Assembly (NCBI RefSeq): GCF_902459465.1
Contig: NC_047069.1
Coordinates: 16,864,001-16,928,000 of the forward strand
DNA length: 64,000 bases
Direction: 5' to 3'
Source: Asterias rubens
Taxonomy: Eukaryota
The notes under the pieces were generated by a model, which was not told the origin of the DNA, did no database searches, and was given only the letters and a program-made list of their open reading frames with translations. Both the position numbers and the translations under genes were made by a program. Positions 35,901-51,400 of the stretch are shown one piece after another (position 1 is the first letter of the stretch; each line of letters begins with the position of its first letter).

Positions 35901-38900
35901 TTTCCATTTATGAATGCTGCGACCCCAGATGTGTTAGGTACATGTACTGCTGCCAGTTTTTGTTGTTTTCTCAACATGTAGACACTGTGTTTAGATGAGA
36001 CTTTCACATGTAACTTTTATTGTAAAATGTTGCCTGAAAATCAGATTATGTTGACAAAAAAACAATCTTTGTCCCTAAAACTTCAACTAGAAAATCTAAT
36101 GGAACATTTTCAAAGGGTATCCCTGACTGTTCCTTCCTAAACCACTCCTTCCCCAAACTGCCCCACACTCCCCCAATAGCCCACAATCCCCCAACTGCCC
36201 CACACTCCCCCGATCGCCCCACACTCCCACAACCGCCCAACACTCCCCAAAACAACAGAGTAAAAGAAAAGAAAAGAGGGTACCTCTTTCACGAACACAA
36301 ATTGAGAGAATAAAGAGAAGTAATTTTTTCTACGCCTTACCTGTGCAACGAATCTGTAGATGTAAACCGCCCTCGTTTGGCCAAAACGATACACTCTGAA
36401 AATGGACTGAATATCGTGACTAGGATTCCAGGACGCATCGAATATGATGACACGATTGGCTCCGATTAAATTGGTACCAAGAGAACCAGCCTTAGTAGAG
36501 ATTAGAAACAGTCTGGCCCTGGGACGTTTAAAAACAAAAATAAATAAATAAACCTTGTTAAATATTGTGAACATTAATCTACATTAAAAATTGAATATAG
36601 GATGGTATTATGTGTCAGAGGTCAACTGAAACCAAAGTCTGCAGTGTCTGAGTGTGCAGGGCTGGAATTTGGGGGGGGGGGAGCCAGACAAGTTCTAAAA
36701 AGAACACAATCTACCTAGCAAGTAGATACACTTATGGTTTTACAGAAAACCAAATATATATTTGATACCTCACCATGCTATGCTTGAATTATTTAACAAA
36801 ATTTTATGTCCATAACACAATGGAAGGTTTAGTGTTCACCTGTAATTCTTGACTTTGTTAAATGTCTCAGCCCATGTCTTGCGGAATGCTGCCGAAGTAG
36901 AACCATCCATGCGGAAATAATCTTCACCTTTGACCCAGGATCCAATTCCTCCAATCTTTACAAACATTTCAAAACAGAAATAAGTACAATTATCACATCT
37001 TTGTCCCTCATCACAGAATCTGTTAGTTTATCTCTATTTCATAAAGCTCTATCCATGCTTTGATTTTGGTGGAATAGTGCCTTTGACAAACATAATGACT
37101 ATAACTTTTTATAAGATATCGCGAGCAGTGCACCTGGAGCTCAGCTGACTAGGGTGCAGATTTTTTAGCAAGCGCAATGAGCACCTGCATTGGCGGATAC
37201 CGGCGCTATACAAGACTTCGATTATTATTGTTATTATTATTATAAACTTCAACAATGATATGTAACATTCCTTCTCTTGTCACCTTTCCTTTTCCGAAAC
37301 CCCAATGTTAGACTTTAAGAACACTTCTAATGCAATATAAAGAATAATTTGTCTTACTTGTTTGTCTAAATCTTGACTGCCTTCTTCTCGTTCTTGCTGA
37401 GCCCTGTCTTCCAAACTCTGCAGCATGTCTTCAATTAGATCCAGGGACAGTAGACTCTGGCTAAACACAAGTCTGTTTCACAAAAACAAAATTCATAAAT
37501 ATTTCTTTGATAACTATCTTTTTGTTTTTACATTAGCATCCGTCTTGCCTTCTAAAGACAAGTTTGAGTTCGGTTGCTGGGACGAGCCATAAAGTGCATC
37601 AGACTTTAGTTCTGGGGTTGAGACTTAAGTTCTGGGTTCCAATCCCATTCATGACACTTGCGTCCTTTAGCGAGACAATTTACTATAATGCTTTTCTTCA
37701 CCCAAGAGTATGACTAAGTGAAGGATTTGATAAGAAGATCCAATAATTGTTATTGTCAGAATGAACTTTTTATAAAGCAATTATGGTTAAAGGGGAGGTA
37801 CACGTTTGGTAATTACTCAAAACAAATATTAACTTAAAAACTGACTTGGTAACGAGCATTGGAGAGCTGTTGATAGTATAAAACATTGTGGGAAACAACT
37901 ACCTCTGAAGTAACGTAGTTTTTGAGAAAGAGGTAATTTCTCACTAAAATAATAAAAGACTTCTAGCTAGAAGTCTTTTAAGCTAGAAGTCTTTTATTCT
38001 TTTAAGCTAGAAGTCTTTTATTCTTATCTGAAAGCACACAAATTCGTCCAACAAGGGTGTTTTTTCTTTCATCATTTTCTCACAACTTCGATGACCGATT
38101 GAGCCCAAATTTTCACAGGCTTGTTATTTTATGGTTATGATGGGATGCACCAAGTGAGAAGACTGGTCTTTGACAATTACCAAACGTGTACCTTCCCTTT
38201 AAGTGCCTTGCTCAAGGGTACAAGTGTCATGACCGGGACTGGAACCCACACTCTACTGCTGACAACACCAGAGCCTTTGAACTAGACTGCCACAAAATGC
38301 CACAACAGGAGGAAAAATATCATCCCTGAGAAAAAAAAACACTTTAAGATCCTTTCTGAGAATGAACTTACACTTTTTCTCCGATACTCTCAGCATGTTT
38401 GAGGACTTCAAAGAGAAGCACTAGCTTGCCACTCAGCTCTATCTTGGTTTCATCACCCTCTTGAATAAACTCATCGTACCATTTGGGTTTAGCCGTCTGG
38501 ACTGGGGACGGAGATCTCGTCACATTCTCTGAAAGTTCAAGGGAAAAAACATCAATATTTGTGTGTGTTTTTTAGGACAAGAACATTAATTGTGAGATAC
38601 CATTCAATCAAATTCTTTAACAGAACCAGAACCAATGTGTTTTACTTGCAAATCCTTTGCCAAGGTGTATGCTTTGACCAAGGCCCATCACAAAACACGA
38701 TGATTACGAAAGAAAATCTGACGCAAATCCAACGTGAACGACCCTCTTCAGATTCACCAAGCCGACTCTCTTCAAATTTTCAAGGGACTTTTAAAGACTC
38801 ATTTATTTGAATCTTTATTTTGTATAACTATTGGCTTTATATATTTAATGTAAATGTTTTAAGTTTTGTGTAGTGCATAGAGGCTCCTGCATTATGAGAA

Positions 38901-39339
38901 ATATCAATTTCTCATAATATTTGTTTAATACAAGAAAGTGCTAAGTAAACTGTGCTAACACACATCGGTGTATGGGTAAAAAACAAACAATTAATATGAG
39001 TAAGATTGTCATTTATTCGCATGCTTGTAAAACCTGTAGGGTGTCATGGCCGAGCGGATATAAGAGCACCTAACTCAAGCTCTGGTGCTTCTGTTCAGCA
39101 GAGTGTGGGTTCGAATCCCGGTCGTGACACTTGTATCCCTGAGCAAGATACTTAACTATAATTGCTTCTCTCCACCCAGGGGTAAATGGGTACCTGTGAG
39201 GGCAGAGATGGTTATTGTGATTGATTTAGCCAGGGAGCTGAGATGGATTAAGGAGTGAATTAAGGCCCAGTGACCAGGGATAATAATGTGAAGAGCTTCG
39301 GGATGCCTCCGGGTGTGAAATGCGCTATATAAAAACGGG

Positions 39340-39413
<74 letters not shown>

Positions 39414-42400
39414 ACCACTTCTCTTACCACCATTAGGATCCAGACATCTGCTTCTTGTCTTCCAAGTCTTAATGATTTCCATACTGCTGTCCGAATCTCC
39501 AGAATCTTTTCCTGATTTCTTCTTCTTCTCCGAGGTTTCCCTGGAGAAAATTAATACATTCACAAGATTTATGTCTCAGGCCTGTACTGTATGCTTCTTT
39601 TTTTAATAATAATAGATAAAGCTACTCAGGTGCCTTTCATCCATGACTGGACCCCAAGGCGCTGTACAAATTAAAATAGCTCCAACGAGGCAGAAATAAC
39701 CAAAGAGCATAAAATATTTCTAAAAACATAAACCACAAAAATGGACCAGCTAATAATTAAAACCAAACACCCCGATATTTACAAAGCACTACTATAAAAA
39801 CATTAGTTTAATACTTATAAAAAGTGTACATCGGAAAAAAAGACATTTTAAAAAGGCAAGGTAAACAGCACCCTATGAGGAAATTGTAATTTTTTTACTG
39901 GAGCATTTCAAGGGCACCCAGGCAATGACCAATGGGCATGGAGGCAATCGCAATCAATTGACTAAATACATTGACGTCATCACGCCATCATACTCAGGCA
40001 TGATGTTTAGCTCTTATGAAAAACGTAGGACAATTTTATATATCATTATCAATATAAACCACAAGGGAAACTGACTGGGTAAATTATGAAATGATTTTAG
40101 GGGTTGAACAAAGAATTGACCAGAGTGGGATTTGAACCAATGACCTCCGGATTAACGTGCCGGCGCTCTACCAACTGAGCTATGTAGCCCTATATTGGCA
40201 GTGTCCCAATTTTATATAGTACAAGAGCTGATCTACATGGTGAAGGTCTTTAACGACTTTTCAAGGTATATAATAACAAGGTTAAACAACGACGAAACAA
40301 TAGAAAATGCACATTTTGTATGCGCAACGCACAGGATCAGCCATTGAGCAACCTTCAATGTGTTATAAGCTTATGTAACTTTTTCCGTAATGAAACCAAG
40401 AAACCCTTTTTGTTTGTTTTTTCTGTTTCCTGTATTTCTTTCTGGAGTCTAGGCATTTCAAATTCTCCATTTTGTCATGCTCTTTTTGTGTTTGATCTAT
40501 TATTATTCTCATGTTTCCTGTACAAATCAAAGTGTACATTTGACCTTGAGTGTTGGTACTGATGCCTTAAAGTGAGATTTGGGTATTTATTGTGAAAATT
40601 TTCACAAAAAATCCACAATATTTTAGAAATATTCTTTTTCCACCACAGTGTAAAGAAAATGCTCTTACTGTTGACATGTCTCTTGGCCCTATGGTTAATT
40701 TCTAACATTTTAATGGCCGTTCAGCATTATAGTTAATGCCACGACATTTTAGACTTTGCCAGTGCTGGTCTCTTATAAAAATTACTATCAGACATGTTCT
40801 GCGAGGCAATTTACAGGCAACCAGTTCCAAGCAAGAAGAGAATCCATTCACATATGAATGTTCATATTCTATTCTCGAGGATCGTAAGACAATGTTTGAA
40901 AGATGACTCATGTTCTACCAAACTGGTCCTTTAGCATGCACTGCAGTTAATAGATGCCTCCAAGTTGCCTTATAAAACTTGTCTCATGTTTCAAGGCCCT
41001 AGCGGCCCTTAAAGACGCTGGACACTATTGGTAATTGTCAACGACCAGACGTCTCACTTGGTGTATCTCAACATATGCATAAAATAACAAACTTGTGGAA
41101 ATTTGAGCTCAATCGGTCAGCGAAGTTTCAGATGCTTGATTTCGAGACCTCAAATTCTAAACCTGAGGTCTCGAAATCAAATTCGTCAAAACTACGTCAC
41201 TTCAGAGGGAGCCAATTCTCACAATGTTTTATACTATCAACCTCTCCCCATCCCCATTACTCTTCAACAAGTAAAGTTTATGATAATAATTATTTTGAGT
41301 AATTACCAATAGTGTCCACTGCCTTTAAAGTAAATCCAGCACTCACCCAGCAGCATCTTTCTCCTCCTTGACAGCCTGTTGTACCATGCCTCTAGTTCTA
41401 CGTGTTGTACCACATGATGTTGTTGGTTCATCTGAATCAATCACAATCTCTTCTACATCGCTTCCTTCTACTACAAACTGCTGGATGCTGTCATTACTGT
41501 CAGACATCTCATCCTCCGAGGCCGACGTCACAAAGTCTGACATGTAGTTGCGAGCTTGCTGTTCAGTCATGAGAATTGACAACATGTAGTTTAAAAATCA
41601 GTTTCATACTTGCCCTCTAAACAATTGTCATCAGCACTACTACAGAATTAGACAGAACTCTACAGGACTCTTCAGGATTGTACTCAGTACTCTGCAGGAT
41701 TGTACTAAACACTCTACAGAATTGTACTCGTACACATAAAACCAAAATGAATATTCTTTATCCCTAATGCAAATTTAACATTTATTAAAAAAGAATCATT
41801 CGAGCACTCACAATTTTCTCCTGTCTGATCTCGTTGAGTTTCAATACATGAGGATGAGTCCATATCCTCATGAGTTGCTGATAATCGGCAAACAAACCAC
41901 AGCCAGAACCTTTAGCTGATCCCTCCATCAATTCACCACTGTCATTACGAGACTGGGATTGCAAATACAACTCATACATCTTTATCTGGACAGGAGACAG
42001 ACGTACTGAGACAACGTACTCATACTTCGGGGGCAGGAATTTGGTGAGGGCACTGTAGTCCTTTCTCTGGCGAATGAAAATACAATTTTATTTGTTACCT
42101 TTTGGGGGATAAAAATTGTTTTAATTTCTTAATATTCTAATATTCTTGTTATTTCAATATTCTTATTGTTTTAATTTCTTTTCTTAAAGTATAGGTTTTT
42201 GGAACCGTTTGGTTGTTTTAATCCAACAATAAAACTAACATGTGAAAATTTAAATTTCAACAGGTAGTCCCGTTTTTGTGATATCGCCAAATCTAAGAAA
42301 CATTACGCGATAACGTTTCGCAGATTCAAATTTTGGGGCATACATAAAAACAGTTATCTTTTACATAAATTACTTTGAAGTGAAATTCTTCTCACAATGC

Positions 42401-45400
42401 ATCCTACTATCAAAGCTGATGTAGGCTTCAAACCAAAAGTTTTTATTGCCACTAATTTTTTAAAGTGATAACTTATACCTTCTCTGTAAAAATGTACAAA
42501 TGAAAATTTGAAATGAACAATTCTAGACTTCCCTTATAGAGGTGTCTGTCGATATTTACTAACGAAAAAGTCTGAAACTTGGATACAAATTCAAAGGTAT
42601 ATTGAAATGATGGCATTTCTACCGTTTGGTAACCCCTGGGGTTATAGATTCCAAGGAGCTTTTGAAAACAGTATCAAAAGCACCAGAGAAGTAGACAAAT
42701 GAGCAGGATTTCTTTATTTGTTGAAAAAATATTGTCTGATTTTCTTTACCAGGCCGACCTAAAAAGTCTGAATTCAGCCAAAAGTCTGAGCAATCTCATC
42801 CCTTTATTAAACTCATACCTGTACACAGCCATTCAACAGGTCATGCAGTACGTGAGCTCTTCTTTTCATGATCTTGACATCTCTCTGTGTTGAGTCGGCA
42901 CACTGACCATTGGTGATGGGATTAACGAATCGATTCAAGAACTCCTTCCTCGTACCAAGAAGGTTTGGTTTAACAAAGTCAACCATGCAATGATCTATCA
43001 AGGGAGAATCGCATCACATCAAGAAATTACCTAAATGTGCCAACACTGGCTTTATTATAGTAACTATTAAAAACATCCAAGCCCAAGTTTTCTCAACAAA
43101 CTATATCTTCACAAGTCACCATGGATATTAATGTGCATGTGTCGTTACCAAGCATTTTTTCCTTATACAGCTAGAGAAGTAAACTGGCACTTCCTCTGTA
43201 TGCAGATAATAAACACCGTAAGCAAATAATTCCATGGTAAATAGATCCATGAGATCGGACCCAGATCTCTCTCAAAACAAATTGCAATATGTTGCTAAAC
43301 AGACCAGGAACACTGGGGTGAACCTCTTCTCGTTTCGATAAGTGCACTGTGTTCTTTTAAGTCCATTACACAACACACAGGACCAATGACTTTTTAATTA
43401 GGTTGCATCCAAAGGAAGCAGCAATAATGGTTAGGTTCGGTGTCTTGCTTAACAACACTAGTGTCATGACCAGGACTCGAACACAATCTGCTGATCAGAA
43501 ACACCAGAGCTTCTTATCTGCTCACCAACGACACGCAACAAGGTTACACAAGAGGTGGCCATTTATAAATAAAACACAGAGAGATTTCTTCCTTACACTC
43601 AATCAGGTTATTCTGGAGAGGTGTTCCAGTCAGGCAGATACGTCTGAGCGTCTTGATGGCGTTCAGGGCTTTAGAGATTGCAGTGGTATCGTTCTTCAAC
43701 ATGTGACCCTCGTCACAAACCACAATGTCAGGACCTTAGGATTAGAGAAGGGATTATTATTATTGTTAAGTATTATTTATACAGGGTAGCCCCGTCAGTG
43801 TAAAAACACTGTTCTCCCTGACGGGGGCCCTATAGAAAAAGCAATACACAGAACAAGGATCAGTGCAAGAAGAGGAACTAGGTCACACCTTATTGAGAAG
43901 GTAGAATGCCTGATTTAAAAAAAAAAACTTTGAGATTACAGATTTTTCAGTTGTTTATTGAAGGGGAAAGATTCTTCGCAGTTTTTTATTTCTCAATTTG
44001 CAACGCCTTCTTGACATTGTCCTAGACTACAGACTGAACTGATGACAGTGATTTGAGCACAAGATCAACTTACTAACCCCCCCATTGATAACCCTACATT
44101 TGGTGATAAGGCTTTTTCTGTGGCAGCCCCTAAGCTTTGGAATGCGCTACCGTTTCACATACGTAGCGAACAGAAACTCGTCTCTTTTAAAAGTAATATA
44201 AAAACCCCACCCTTTTAAAACCACTTTTGAGTGTGTCTTCTTCTATGGTCACCTTGCCAGTTAGTTTAGAATTTTAGCATAGTTAGGGTTAGAGGCGTCT
44301 GTCTCCTGAAAAGTTCAAAACATTACCGATGCCAGCAGAGATAGGCCGATGTAATAAGTAATTAATTAGTTCTCTGTTGGCGGGACAGACGTATCCCCAT
44401 ACTTTTGTTTGGGCACTGGCCTGGTGACCAGTCTTTTTTTCTGTGTCTTTTTCTTCCACTCTGCTTTTTAACATGTGTTCTGCGCCTTTGAAAATTTTTC
44501 ATATATAAGGGGCGCAATATAAATTTTAAATGTTATTATTATTACTTCTGATGACCTTGTGCTCTCACAGACAACCAACCCCCACCTGCCAGCACAGACA
44601 ACCAACCCCCACCTGCCTAATGCCATACCACCAACCCATTATCCACCAACCTAGTATGAACTATTATAACATCATACACCAGAGTTTTCTTTCTACAGAT
44701 TCACTCTAAGGAATATTTTGATATATAGTATTGTCTCTGCATTTTTAAATTTTAAGGATGCTTTTTTATTCTTGATTGATCACATAATTTTCCCATATAC
44801 ACTTGATTTCTGCAATGGCTTTTAACATATTTTTGTATTACAACTCTTTTCTTATACTATGTGGTCTAAAACGTAGTTTTTTATTATTGTTCGTTAGTCT
44901 TACCCGGATCAGCAAGAGTCTTCGTAAAAATGTTTCGCTGTTTCTTATTCTTGCAAAACTTATGAAGAGCAAGTTGTCTATACATTGTATAACCCATGAC
45001 CATCACACCACCGTAGTCATGCCAGTGTTTAAGTGCGTCCGCTCGCTGCCAGTTTGACTTGAAGACTGTGATTTCAAATACCTGAGTGGTTGGAACATCA
45101 ACATGAAACAGCAGTTTAATACAGGGCAAAGGAGTCTGAAAATCAAACAAAGACCTTAAAGGCAGTGGACATTATTGGTAATAACTCAAAATAATTGTTA
45201 GCATAAAAACTTACTTGGTAACGAGTAATGGGCAAAGGTTGATAGTATAAAACGTTGTGAGAAACGGCTCCCTCTGAAGTAACATAGTTTTCGAGAAAGA
45301 AGTACTTTTCCACGAATTTGATTTTGAGACCTCAAGTTTAGGATTTGAGGTCTCGAAATCAAGCATCTTAAAGCACACGACTTTGTGTGACCAGGGCTTT

Positions 45401-48400
45401 TTTTCTTTCATTATTATCTCGCAACTTCGACGACCAATTGAGCTCAAATTTTCACAGGTTTGTTATTTTATGCATATGTTGAGACACACAAAGTGAGAAG
45501 ACTGGTCTTGGACAATTACCAATAGTGTCCAGTGACCTTAAGGCAGTGCAAGTTTTTCAATTCAAATACCTCATGAATTTTTACCCGATATTTGTTTTAT
45601 TTATTTTTAAATGCCATTATGTCCGTTACCCAATTTCGTAGCTTTTCTTCAGATCAAAGAAATCCCCTGGCTTCTGCTTTCTAGGTTGTATCTTAAACTT
45701 GGGTGTGATCCTCGACCACACGGCAGTACAGGTTGTATGGATTCTGACTGCCACCCACGAACAAAGTTTTTGACATAATAGGGGACTGCCAACACAGGTA
45801 GCTCAGTTGGTGGAGCACAAGCACGATAAACCAGTTCAAAATCTCACTGTAGTAAAAATGTCTTTGTTCAACCCCAAATTAATACATAAAAGCACACAGT
45901 ATACAAAGGCTATTCAAAGAAATCAATAATACCTCAATGTCACTATCTTCTCCAAGCCATTTCTCGAACTCAGAAACCCAGTTGAGGACGGTATTGAGTG
46001 GTGCCACTACCAGGCAACTCTTGGCGTTAATCTTGGGGTTATTCATAATGGTGTGTAAATACGTGATCACCTAGAGACAAAGAGAAGTTACAATATCAAA
46101 GCTTCGTGTACAAGGCCACTCGAAACCATTTTACTTTGAAAGTGTTGTCATATTGAACCTCCAATATTTCCTGTTTGAAATACTTTGATCATGCATTTTA
46201 TTTCGTTCACCATAATTTAGATTTTTACATCAAAGGTCTGACTTGAACGTTGAGCCTTAGGTCCTATGTACTACATGGATTGGAAAACGAACCCAAAACA
46301 CTTATCGTGGAAGAGTAGGGGTTCACATAGCCAGCACCTTTGTTCAAGGTTTCGTCAGGCTTGCAAGCTTCAGTGATTAAAGGCAGTGGAAACTATTGGT
46401 AATTACTCAAAATATTTATTAGCATAAAACCTTACTTGGTAACGAGTAATGGGGAGAGGTTGATAGTATAAAACATTGTGAGAAACGGCTCCCTCTGAAG
46501 TGTAGTAGTTTTCGAGAAAGAAGTAATTTTCCACGAATTTGATTTCGAGACCTCATATTTAGAATTTGAGATCTCAAAATCAAGCATCTAAAAGCACACA
46601 ACTTCGTGTGGCAAGGGTATTTTTTCTTTCATAGTTATCTCGCAACTTCGACGACCAATTGAGCTCAAATTTTCACAGGTTTGTTTGTTTATGCATTTGT
46701 TGAGATACAGCAAGTGAGAAGACTGGGCTTCAACAATTACCAATAGTGTCCAGTGTCTTTAAGTTTACTTGCAAGGTTTCCTTGGTGTTATTGCCAGAAA
46801 TCTACAATACTAAGCACTTTTGGGGTGGATACCAATGCTATATCATACCTTCATATTAACCAGAAACATCTCCTGCATACCTCATGTATGTTTAAAATAT
46901 AGTGAAGAGGTCTTTGGGGCATTTTTGAGCACTTTTTGGTCACTCACTGCTTTTTGGGGTTGAATTTAATCGGGAAGGTAGGGCATTTTTACACTCGCTT
47001 AATGTACCAAATTTAAAAAAAATACTTTCCCAACCTACCACAACTTCTTTAAAGGGTCTATGTACATTTTGTAAGACAAAAAACACAATGTCTACAGATT
47101 TACACTAAACTTACACAGTTTGAAGATAATGACAGTAGAAAGCTCCCTGAAAATTAGTTGCTGAGGTGCCGTAGTTTTTGAGAAATGAGTAAAACAATGT
47201 CATAAAAATAATTTTTGTCTCAGTGATCATGAGACGAACATTATTTTAGCATGTAAAAACTTGTTTTCATGAGATTGTTTTACTCATTTCTCAAAAACTA
47301 CAGCACCTCATCAGCAACTAATATTGTAAGGTACGCTTTCTACTATCATTATCTTCAAACGGTGTAAGTTTAATGTAAATCTGTGGACATTGTGTTTTGT
47401 GTTACAAAAAGTACCCAAATCCTTTTTACAATGTGTAACTGGAAACTGAACTTTTCTTTCTCTGGCCTTGATGGACCAGTAAGACATACCTGTAGAGTTT
47501 TCCCGAGTCCCATGCAATGAGCAAGGATACACCCAGAGCCTTTCTCATCAGCCTTCTCCAAGGACTCATACGTACAATCCCACATAAACTGTACCCCTTC
47601 AACCTAAAGATCAAAGAATATGAAGAAAGTCACTTCAAGATCTGATAAATGCATCAGAAAGAAAGGAGGGTCTAAAGCTGAACAAATTTAGAGGGAGTTT
47701 AAACCAAGGTCCAATTTTATGCTTAGCACAATACACTGTGCTTATCCTGCACTTTAAAGCATGTGATGCTACGGGTCATAATCGCACAATCCTACAGTCA
47801 GCAGTGCCATGAAATAAGGGCCGTGTGAAAAATCGGAATAAGGAATAATAGAACACAAATAGCAAGTCCCAACAGCTCTGTGTGCAAAAGTAGATATGAT
47901 ATTTCATGGACTTTCTACAACTGAGTTACTAATGCTAGAAAACACTGATGTCACATCGCAGGCGTTTGTTGTTTGGAACTAGCTTCAAGTGAATGATGTA
48001 CACTTATCAGTTTGGGCAGTGGGCACACTAGTTTTGACCTAAATGGAATGGGGGGGGCAGAGAGAAGGGGGGGCAGAGAGGAGGGGGGGGGGGCAGAGAG
48101 GAGGGGGGGTTGGGAAGAGGGGAGGGGGCTAGCTCAGAAGGAGAATCCCTAATGGGTAATAGTGAGAAAGCATTTATGAACCTGATGTGGTTTGAGTTGC
48201 TTGGCAAGAGACTTCTCTACTGCCAGTGTAGGTTTCTTTGTCTCTGAGTTGTGCTCCAAGATAACTTCATCGACTGTACCCATCTCCTCAGCGGCCTGCT
48301 CAGATATCTTGGTCACCTGCGATAAGTTGTCAAAAAGGGAAATAATTAGGTTTCGACGATTTTTCTAGATTATATACTGTGATATTTGGAAATAAACAAA

Positions 48401-51400
48401 CGGTGAAGAATGGTTTAGAGGGTTAACGTTATAAACTGCTGTATGGATCCACCGCCTTGTGAAACTCATCAATACTGACAAAATAAACGCACTTGGGGTA
48501 AAGATGTGCAGTGCTTACTAAACAGCGGCGTAGGGCGAAACAAAACAAATTCCATAATGGATAAACTTCTCTAAATTTCCGTGTTCTAGTTGGCAAGAAA
48601 AAATACAAAGGTCCTATGTTTGGATCCAACCCAAGCAGTATGCATGTGGTTTTTCCACAGGCTCTTTTATTAGGGGGTTGCCATGGTAACCGATAGGTTA
48701 TCCTGAATTTTTGGATCACTAAGAATAAAGTCATTCATATCTGTGTTCATTTATATTCAATATCAGGCAAATCATTCTGTCTAACACAAGACATTCTCTA
48801 GACGTTGTTTGCAATTTGAGAAGTTTTCAATGACAACAATGGATCACTTTACCATTTTGCGTTTATCAGCGATGCGTTTACGTCGTTCTTTCTCCTCCTT
48901 TGCTGCCCTCACAGTCTCCTCCTGTAGCTTACCCTTAGAGATCACTCTACGAATCTTCTTTCGACCATGTTTGCTTGGGGTATCCTTCTCAGCATCAGAT
49001 TCCTGAGGACACACAGTTTGTAATAATTCATATTTTTATTTGATTTTTTATGTTTTTTAAATGTCTATGTCTCTCTCTTTTAATAGTTTCCAAATGACAT
49101 TTTAAAGTCAATTTTAATCGGAAGTTGAAGGTGGTACGTCGTTGCTAAGCGATTAAGAGCACCAAACTCAAGAGCTGGCTGGTGTTTCTGATGAAGTGTG
49201 GGTTCGAGTTCTGGTCATGACATCCTTGAGCAAGATACTTGACCATAATTGCTTTGTTACAGTAGTCCTTTGACCTGGGATTTGTAGTACATGTAAAAGA
49301 TTCCAGAACAGGTTTCCTCAGGCTTGCTAGCTACAATGATTAGTTCACTTATGGGGCATCCTTTGTTTCATTACCAGAAATGTATAATAATATAAGTTGT
49401 CTGTTTTGTTGCTTGCTTTGTTTCCCTTTTTCTTTTCTTTTTTCTCTTTTTTTTTGGGGGGGGGGGGGGGATATATCTTGTGATATGTTAGGGGCCTACA
49501 CTTTTAATAGGATCAGATGAGCTGCATGGGCTTTATAGAAAGTTTCATTCTTACTGACAGCTTTCATTTATCAATCAACAGCCCGAAAAAGAGCATGTGG
49601 CTTTTTTATTACCAAATCAGGGGTTGTACTTAATGGAATAATTTAAATACTGAATAAATAATAGCATAGTGATCAATGAAATGAGAGAATTTAAAAAAGA
49701 TACAATTGAAGGAATCCAAACTTACATCGCCAGATCCCTTGACTTTTTGATCATCCGTTTCAGAATCAGTCGCCACCTTGATTCGTCGTCTCTTCTTCCC
49801 CTTTCCACGATTATAACTACGCTCCTTTTGGAAATCATTTGAGTCTTCATCGCTGTTTGAAGAAGACCTCTTCCGTGCACGCCCTCTCTTTCCCCCTTTC
49901 TTTGGTCTACCCTGATCCGAGTCGTTTTCAGAACTTGGATTGGCCCGCCCTCGTTTTCGTTTCTTCATTTTTTTCTTTCTGGAGTCTGAGCCACTAGCGT
50001 CTTCATCACTGCCTTCACTGCTGCTCTCTCCCAGTTTGACTCTCATGAGATGGTGACGCCTTCCATGCTTCTTCTTCTTTGATGATTTCTCATCTGATGA
50101 GCTTTCTTCTTCACCACTGTCACTCTCGCTCTCATCTTCCTCCTCTGATTCCGCATCAAACTCATCACCACTGTCTTTATCTTGAGTCTTCTTCTTACGT
50201 TTTCCTTTTGGTTTCTCAGAATCCTCCGAGGTTCCTTCATCATCTTCATCTTCTTCACTATCTCCTTTGTTGAGTTCTGCTTCTATTTCTTCCATCAGTT
50301 GCTTCTCAGCAAGCTTATTCTCCAAGTCACTGTCAATATCCTCTCCTCCCTCATGCCCTCCGTCTTCAAGATGGCCCAAGTCACTATCGGAGATATTCTC
50401 CAAAAGTTGGACGTCATCTCCTGATTGGTCGCCATCTTTCTCTGAATCCTCCTCCTCAGCGTCTGAATTAGAGTCAGAGTCAGAGACCTTCTTTGACTTG
50501 GCGGACTTGCTCTTTTTTGATGTTGCTTTTTCTTTTGGTTTCTTAGATTCTACATTGTCAGAATCTTTCAGCGAATCGGAATCTTCAGGAGTTGATTCTT
50601 GCTCCTCGTTGTCGTCATCCTTTGTTTTTTTCTTCCCGGCTGGAGCCTTTGAAAGTGTCTTTATCTGCCTCTCTAGATCAGAATCAAAATTAGAGGAATC
50701 TGAATCTCGAACCTTTGCCTTGGATTTCCCTGCAGACTTAGATGCCGACTTTCGCATAACCTTCAATCTTTTGGATCCTTTAGGTGTTTGCTTTGATTTT
50801 CTTGGAGTGATAAGACGCTCAACCTCATCAGAATCATCGTCCTCTGGGTTGCTGGAGTCTAGTCCAGGTCCCTTTCTCTCGCCCTTCTTTTTCAGATCTG
50901 GAGTCTTGGGAAAGTCCACTTCAGAACTTGATTCTTCATCTGGATTTTTTCTGTTTTTCTTTTTCTCTTTTTTGCTTTTTTTCTTCTTCTTCTTGTCCTT
51001 GACTTTGTCCTCTTCGCCTTCTTCCTTTTGCCTTCTTGCAGATCGTCTTGGTGGGGCCTTCCAATCGGAGCCCTTTGATGAAGAAGAATCATCATCATCT
51101 GAAGATTGTGTTAAATCTGAACTCCCTTCCTTATCCTCATCCTCTTTGTTTTCATCCTCATCCTCTTTGTTTTCATCCACATCCTCTTTGTTTTCAAACA
51201 ATTCCTTGGAAACCTTTGTTTTTGAAGACTCCTCTTTCTTTTCATCCTGTTCAGGATCTGATGCAATCCCTTGATCAAGATCTGAGGAATCGGACGAATG
51301 CTTCTGAGAAACGTTCCTGGGACTCTTAGGTGTGGTCTTTTGCCGCCGTGGAGACTTGGATTTGTCTTCCTTGCTTTTTGCTATCTTCGGAATAGAAATT

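Noticed and set aside
39156-39415. Poly-Asn protein extension
   Set aside because: Translation of a SINE (ATT)n tail beyond the splice donor
40115-40190. Functional tRNA-Asn gene
   Set aside because: Acceptor and T stems do not pair, and a degenerate relative with the same flanks occurs at about 45782; a SINE-like head
40700-40930. Extra ATRX exon or nested gene
   Set aside because: No recognisable homology, and the flanking exon phases already close without it
50267-51274. 335-aa Ser/Phe-rich plus-strand ORF
   Set aside because: Antisense shadow of the Glu/Asp/Lys-rich ATRX giant exon
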